DNA of 57,428 bases from a virus. Its lineage: Duplodnaviria; Caudoviricetes. The translations under genes were made by a program, and so were the position numbers. The notes under the pieces are model-generated. The model made no database searches. It saw only the letters and a list, made by a program, of their open reading frames with translations, and was not told the origin of the DNA. This document shows positions 53,597 to 57,428 of the stretch, one piece after another; the stretch's first letter is position 1; every line of letters begins with the position of its first letter. The stretch covers positions 1 through 57,428 of the IMG/VR virus record IMGVR_UViG_3300046786_000092; one strand, given 5' to 3'.

Positions 53597-53977
53597 TCAC
53601 CACCATGAATCGTAGAACACTGCCTTGCCATCAGCGATAGCTTCCCTTGCCACCTTGACAAAGTCACTAACACTCTCAATATCTTCAGGATATATTTCCT
53701 GAGCACCGAAGAAGAACCCATTGACAGGCACTAGCTTGTTGTTGCCAGTGTCCATCTCCAGTCTGTCTAGATCTGAAAGATCAAGACGAACAGTGGTGCA
53801 GTTGAAGTCGTGTCGAAGGCCACGCTTTTGGCGGTACAAATCCTCCATCCAACCATGAAGTGCATTAAATTTACGCCAATAGCTGATCTGCATAGCGTCA
53901 TCACCCAGTGCCACATCAACGACACTGTCACCAACGGTGGTTGCATCCACCGTGAAAGCATACATATCAAGTCCCAT
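53597..53977 (-). CDS. Conserved hypothetical phage protein
   Basis: MGLDMY...YWRKFNALHGW...GFFFG...YDSWW. Confidence 0.8.
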   Translation of the reverse strand: MGLDMYAFTVDATTVGDSVVDVALGDDAMQISYWRKFNALHGWMEDLYRQKRGLRHDFNCTTVRLDLSDLDRLEMDTGNNKLVPVNGFFFGAQEIYPEDIESVSDFVKVAREAIADGKAVFYDSWW

Positions 53978-54128
53978 GATTATTCCTTGGAAAGTTAATT
54001 GTTGAATAATAGAAGTCGAGGATTTCATCCTCTGTTAGTTCGAAGTCGATGTCACTCAGTGCCACAGCAATGCCAATGTCATAACTGTTTCGAGCAACAC
54101 CTGTCTCGAATATCAGGGGTGTCTTCAT
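53967..54128 (-). CDS. Hypothetical early protein
   Basis: Start moved to MKTPLIF. Confidence 0.5.
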   Translation of the reverse strand: MKTPLIFETGVARNSYDIGIAVALSDIDFELTEDEILDFYYSTINFPRNNHGT

Positions 54129-54129
54129 G

Positions 54130-54273
54130 TCAGCTACGGCAAACATGAAACACCATCCTGTCATCATCAACTGTCAGCCAAGTCTTACGGCTAACAGAAT
54201 CGTAAACAATAATGTCACCGACATTAATTGTTGCACCAGTCTTGCAACAGATGCCCTTGAATTTAGCCTTCAT
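54130..54273 (-). CDS. 47-aa protein, not in ORF track
   Basis: MKAKFKGICCKTGATINVGDIIVYD...; ATGA coupling. Confidence 0.55.
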   Translation of the reverse strand: MKAKFKGICCKTGATINVGDIIVYDSVSRKTWLTVDDDRMVFHVCRS

Positions 54274-54464
54274 GACTCGTTCCATATTGCCTCCGACAAT
54301 TGTTCAAAAACAAATAGCTTCGCTACCTTGATAGCCTCAACCATTGTGTCAGCACATCCAATGTAGGTACTGCCTTCATCGTCATTGAATAGCTCATACA
54401 CCTCGGCATCCTTATCCCACTTAGCCCACACCTCGTAGCCTACTTTCTCAAATACTTTTCTCAC
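54270..54464 (-). CDS. Hypothetical early protein
   Basis: 64 aa, GTGA coupling. Confidence 0.65.
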   Translation of the reverse strand: MRKVFEKVGYEVWAKWDKDAEVYELFNDDEGSTYIGCADTMVEAIKVAKLFVFEQLSEAIWNES

Positions 54465-54871
54465 GATAAGTCCCTCGTATAAATAACACCACGCTTTACC
54501 CCATCGGCAGTGGTCATTGCCTTCATTGCCACCACATCAGCCAACCCTATAGGTTGCTCAGTGGCTTTCACTACAAAGCTTGCATACTTATAAGGGTTAT
54601 AAGTAACTTGCCTACCTACCATGCTGAGGAAATCAAAGTAGTTATCAACTCTGTTGGTGCAGTAGTTAATCCAAGTGCCACTAACACCTGCATGGACATT
54701 CTTACGCTTCTCTCGAAGCACTCGCTGTCGCCCTGCCTCTGACACCAGTAGCTTGCATCCCTCAAGCACCACAGTATCACTGTAGGCAATCACTCTACCT
54801 TTGCGGTCACCTTCCAAGGCTTTAATGCTGAAGCATTTCTTGTGGAGGTTGAAGTAAACGAATACTTTCAT
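54461..54871 (-). CDS. Conserved hypothetical phage protein
   Basis: VYFNLHKKCFS...GRQRVLREKRKNVHA...VTYNPYK. Confidence 0.82.
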   Translation of the reverse strand: MKVFVYFNLHKKCFSIKALEGDRKGRVIAYSDTVVLEGCKLLVSEAGRQRVLREKRKNVHAGVSGTWINYCTNRVDNYFDFLSMVGRQVTYNPYKYASFVVKATEQPIGLADVVAMKAMTTADGVKRGVIYTRDLS

Positions 54872-54882
54872 TGTGTTTCCTT

Positions 54883-54960
54883 TCAGGAAAGCTTAGTTAA
54901 TAACCAAAACTTTACAGCCACAAATGCTGCAAAGCAGACAGTGCCTATCACATAGTCCAT
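54883..54960 (-). CDS. 25-aa hydrophobic peptide, not in ORF track
   Basis: MDYVIGTVCFAAFVAVKFWLLTKLS; starts after one repeat copy and stops on the TGA of the next. Confidence 0.55.
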   Translation of the reverse strand: MDYVIGTVCFAAFVAVKFWLLTKLS

Positions 54961-54961
54961 A

Positions 54962-55219
54962 TCATTTCCTTTCAGGAAAGAAGCTGATTGCATTGGTTGT
55001 TAGTTCAGCATCCATCATTTCAAACATGATCGATTTAGCCCTGTTCAGATACTGTCTAGCAGTCTCTGTGTCACCCAGTGCCATTAGCTCTTGAGCATCT
55101 GACATAAGCCCTGCCACCCACATCCCGCCACCTGCTAGTCGGTAGCTGATCGAGTCCTTGACGCTTTCTTTGAAAGCTTTCATGTCACAACCATACATTT
55201 GCATTTCTCTGTCTGTCAT
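54962..55219 (-). CDS. Hypothetical early protein
   Basis: MYGC...MSDAQE...ARQYLNRAK; preceded by repeat. Confidence 0.75.
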   Translation of the reverse strand: MTDREMQMYGCDMKAFKESVKDSISYRLAGGGMWVAGLMSDAQELMALGDTETARQYLNRAKSIMFEMMDAELTTNAISFFPERK

Positions 55220-55230
55220 GTTGTTTCCTT

Positions 55231-55446
55231 TCAGGAATTTGCTGCCTCAGCCATTGCAATTTCACTGTCAATAGTGACAGCATCAAACACCTGTTGCTTC
55301 GTGCCTTTGTAACCCATACCCTTAAGAATTGCATAGCAAGTCTTACCCTTGGAAGTCAGACGCATTCCCTTCATCTCCAGTTTAAGACCTTGTCTTAATG
55401 AACGGAGACGGAAAGCTTCGATTTGGAGGGGTGTAGTTAATACCAT
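55231..55446 (-). CDS. Hypothetical basic early protein
   Basis: 71 aa, GLKLEMKGMR motif; preceded by repeat. Confidence 0.75.
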   Translation of the reverse strand: MVLTTPLQIEAFRLRSLRQGLKLEMKGMRLTSKGKTCYAILKGMGYKGTKQQVFDAVTIDSEIAMAEAANS

Positions 55447-55464
55447 TTTGTTTCCTTTAGGAAA

Positions 55465-55772
55465 AGAGAAGCGACATTGCTTCTGTTAAAGCTAAGCTTT
55501 AGCCCTAACAGAAACCCACTGTCTAGCACCGACCCCAGTGCCACAATGGAGAATGTCTCTCACACATATTATCAACATGATATGTAAGCATGTCCTATGC
55601 ATTCACCCTGCATAGACTGGGCTGATCCATAGGTTGCGCTGTCACCACAACCCGACATCAGTATAAATTTTTAAAGATCAGAACGACTGAAGCTTTGCTT
55701 CACAGCAGGGCTTCACCCTATAAAGAATACTCAATGGCACTCTGAAAAGCCCCTTAGGGCTTTCCGGAAAGT
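55465..55772 (-). ncRNA. Candidate structured intergenic RNA with boxA-like site
   Basis: About 310 nt with no credible ORF; consecutive hairpins; TGATCTTTAAAAATT at 55666-55680. Confidence 0.45.
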
Positions 55773-55774
55773 CA

Positions 55775-56491
55775 TCAAACAACAAAGCCTGTTTGGTCAA
55801 GCTTCGCTTTACCTTTAGCATACAGTCCGACAATGACTTTGTCATCGAGGTGACGAACATCAGAGTTGTCTCCAGAGACAACAGGAATTCCCATGAATGT
55901 CATCGGGATATCTTTTTCCTTACGGAAAACCACCGCCATTCTCATGTTGTTAAGCAAAGCTTTTTCGACATAGGGTTGAAAACCCTCAACACCAGAATAA
56001 CTGAATGTCAGGTCATAATTCTTAGGCAAATCTTTACGATTTGCATCCTTGGTGTAATCATAGAATTGCACATCAGGAAAAGCAGCAAATATGTTTACAT
56101 ATTCAATGCCATCGGCATCGGTAAAACCTACGGTTTCCCAACGAATGTCGCTAGTACCGTTTAATCTGACCAAAGGCTGTAAGCCTTGCTTGTTAGCTTT
56201 CTTGATAAGCTTTGCAATATCAACAACAAGTTGTTGCATGAAACTGTTTCGCTCTGTAAAAAACCATACGGTTTTATTGATACGAGCCGTTTGAACTGAG
56301 CTAAAAGCTCCACGACCTGCAGTGAATAAGCAAGCTACATCACATTTGGCAGTCTTTGCCATAGAACAAGTGTTCCACTTGGTAGTTGTTGCCGGAGCTA
56401 AATAGAGAATGCCAGTTAAGAAGCCTATGGCTTCACCCTTGGTAGTTTTGGCATCAGTAGATACCGAAAGCAGAGCTTTAGACTTGAACAT
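55775..56491 (-). CDS. Gp88-like protein (Cys-triad family)
   Basis: C..A...C...CL..AGRG, RLNGTSD, FYDYTK, NYDLTFS; start moved to MFKSKAL. Confidence 0.7.
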   Translation of the reverse strand: MFKSKALLSVSTDAKTTKGEAIGFLTGILYLAPATTTKWNTCSMAKTAKCDVACLFTAGRGAFSSVQTARINKTVWFFTERNSFMQQLVVDIAKLIKKANKQGLQPLVRLNGTSDIRWETVGFTDADGIEYVNIFAAFPDVQFYDYTKDANRKDLPKNYDLTFSYSGVEGFQPYVEKALLNNMRMAVVFRKEKDIPMTFMGIPVVSGDNSDVRHLDDKVIVGLYAKGKAKLDQTGFVV

Positions 56492-56538
56492 TGTGTTTCC
56501 TTTCAGGAAGTTTGTGGCAACATTGCCGAAGAGCCTCA

Positions 56539-56567
56539 ATTGTAACGCTATCAAATAACCCTGTCAA
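56539..56567 (-). promoter_or_regulatory. Strong sigma70 early promoter
   Basis: TTGACA, 17-nt spacer, TACAAT. Confidence 0.8.
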
Positions 56568-56822
56568 TCACAGGGCTTTTCTTGAGCCAACAAGGGTTTT
56601 ACCCTTGAACAACAGGGCTTCATCATAACAACCCATCCACTGCAATGCTTCAGCTTTGCTGAGAGTGTAGTGAACCTTTTTGAAGCCGACCCCAGTTACT
56701 TTGTAACCAAACACCTTGCACAAGGCAAGCTTGATTTGATCTTCCCAAAGGATAACTAAGCCAGTGGTGCTAAGCACCATAGTAGACAAGCTGAGAGTTT
56801 GGAGAGCATCGTAATCGGTCAT
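56568..56822 (-). CDS. First early gene, hypothetical
   Basis: Start moved to MTDYDAL (SD GAAGGA); the upstream extension is palindromic DNA. Confidence 0.6.
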   Translation of the reverse strand: MTDYDALQTLSLSTMVLSTTGLVILWEDQIKLALCKVFGYKVTGVGFKKVHYTLSKAEALQWMGCYDEALLFKGKTLVGSRKAL

Positions 56823-56833
56823 TTTTGTTCCTT

Positions 56834-57013
56834 CATGTCTTTCATTTAACTTAAGAGAAAAAGTATTTCCCTTTCTCATACTGATGAAAGGGATACTTTT
56901 TCTGTTAAATGAAAGACATGGGTTTACGCATACATACGCAGATCTTTCTATATTTAAACAAAAGAAGATGCCAGCAAAGCTGTCATATCTTTTGTGTATA
57001 TAAATATAGAAAG
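56834..57013. repeat. Two long inverted repeats
   Basis: 56834-56920 (17-bp + 11-bp + 7-bp arms) and 56944-57013 (13-bp + 8-bp + 4-bp arms). Confidence 0.9.
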
Positions 57014-57024
57014 TAATGACAGAG

Positions 57025-57091
57025 TTGTCCACAGTTTGTTAATATCGCAATTTGAGATGTTGTGGATAAGCTTGTTTTGGGCTGTGGATAA
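57025..57091. promoter_or_regulatory. Cluster of three DnaA boxes
   Basis: TTGTCCACA 57025-57033; TGTGGATAA 57061-57069 and 57083-57091. Confidence 0.7.
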
Positions 57092-57428
57092 CTTCATTGG
57101 ATCGATGAGGTTTTGGGGTAGATTTGCTTAAATTTTAAGCAGGATGGGATAGCATAGCTAAGGTATAAGCTTTGGTGATGGATATACCGACCTTCATTCA
57201 GGGGGGATATGCTTAAAAAATAGGCAACTTTTTTCGTTTTTTAACATTGTGAACCGATTTTGAATCAGTATTCAAAGATCTTCTAAGTTATTGAATTTAT
57301 TAAAAAATCTTTTCTTTTGAGTTGAATGCATTCTTGATCTTTGATCCACCTACATTGTGCAATGCATGTCGCAACGCATTGCCCAAGCGCAGGGCTGTAG
57401 CGGGGGCGGGCGTGGGCCACGGGGGGGT

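Larger units (their letters stand above)
1..57428. mobile_element. Near-complete or complete tailed phage genome (podovirus-like, no RNA polymerase gene)
   Basis: Packaging, head, tail, lysis, replication and nucleotide-metabolism modules are all present in two opposed arms, with no block of host housekeeping genes. Confidence 0.95.

Noticed and set aside
55600-55665. CTGATG considered as a hammerhead ribozyme core
   Set aside because: Reads CTGATGT rather than CUGAnGA, and no correctly placed GAAA/cleavage triplet was found
55678-55881. 67-aa minus-strand ORF crossing into the structured intergenic region
   Set aside because: Overlaps the Gp88-like gene out of frame and has no RBS
56823-57032. 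N-terminal extension of ORF 56568..57032
   Set aside because: Runs through palindromes; a good SD supports the start at 56822
1-57428. Alternative genetic code or terminal direct repeat
   Set aside because: Genes are intact in the standard code and use all three stops; the first and last bases of the window do not repeat each other

Overview
The window looks like an essentially complete ~57.4 kb genome of a tailed dsDNA phage with podovirus-type morphogenesis genes and no phage RNA polymerase. It has two opposed arms. The + arm (~750-35626) carries small basic proteins, TerS/TerL, portal, scaffold, major capsid, tail tube proteins, a fibre plus a duplicated receptor-binding cassette, a GH19/spanin lysis block and large ejection proteins. 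The - arm (~56822-35694) carries early small genes, an ADP-ribosylglycohydrolase, a tyrosine integrase, T7-like primase-helicase, PolA, SSB, exonuclease, ThyX and class I RNR. The arms meet at a tRNA-Arg(UCU). The main unexplained signals are: (1) a [FLMY]-A-x-G-G-hydrophobic peptide motif shared by five unrelated late proteins, which brackets a candidate maturation domain and an ADP-ribosyltransferase-like domain in the largest ejection protein, while the phage also encodes an ADP-ribose eraser; (2) a ~460-nt densely base-paired non-coding region at the left end; (3) structured leaders before scaffold and capsid genes sharing one internal-loop motif; (4) an oriC-like DnaA/Fis/IHF cluster, long palindromes and a G-quadruplex motif at the right end; (5) repeated start-associated sequences in early genes; (6) apparent CCWGG avoidance. 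All family calls come from motif recognition by eye, not database searches, and all RNA structures were folded by hand.
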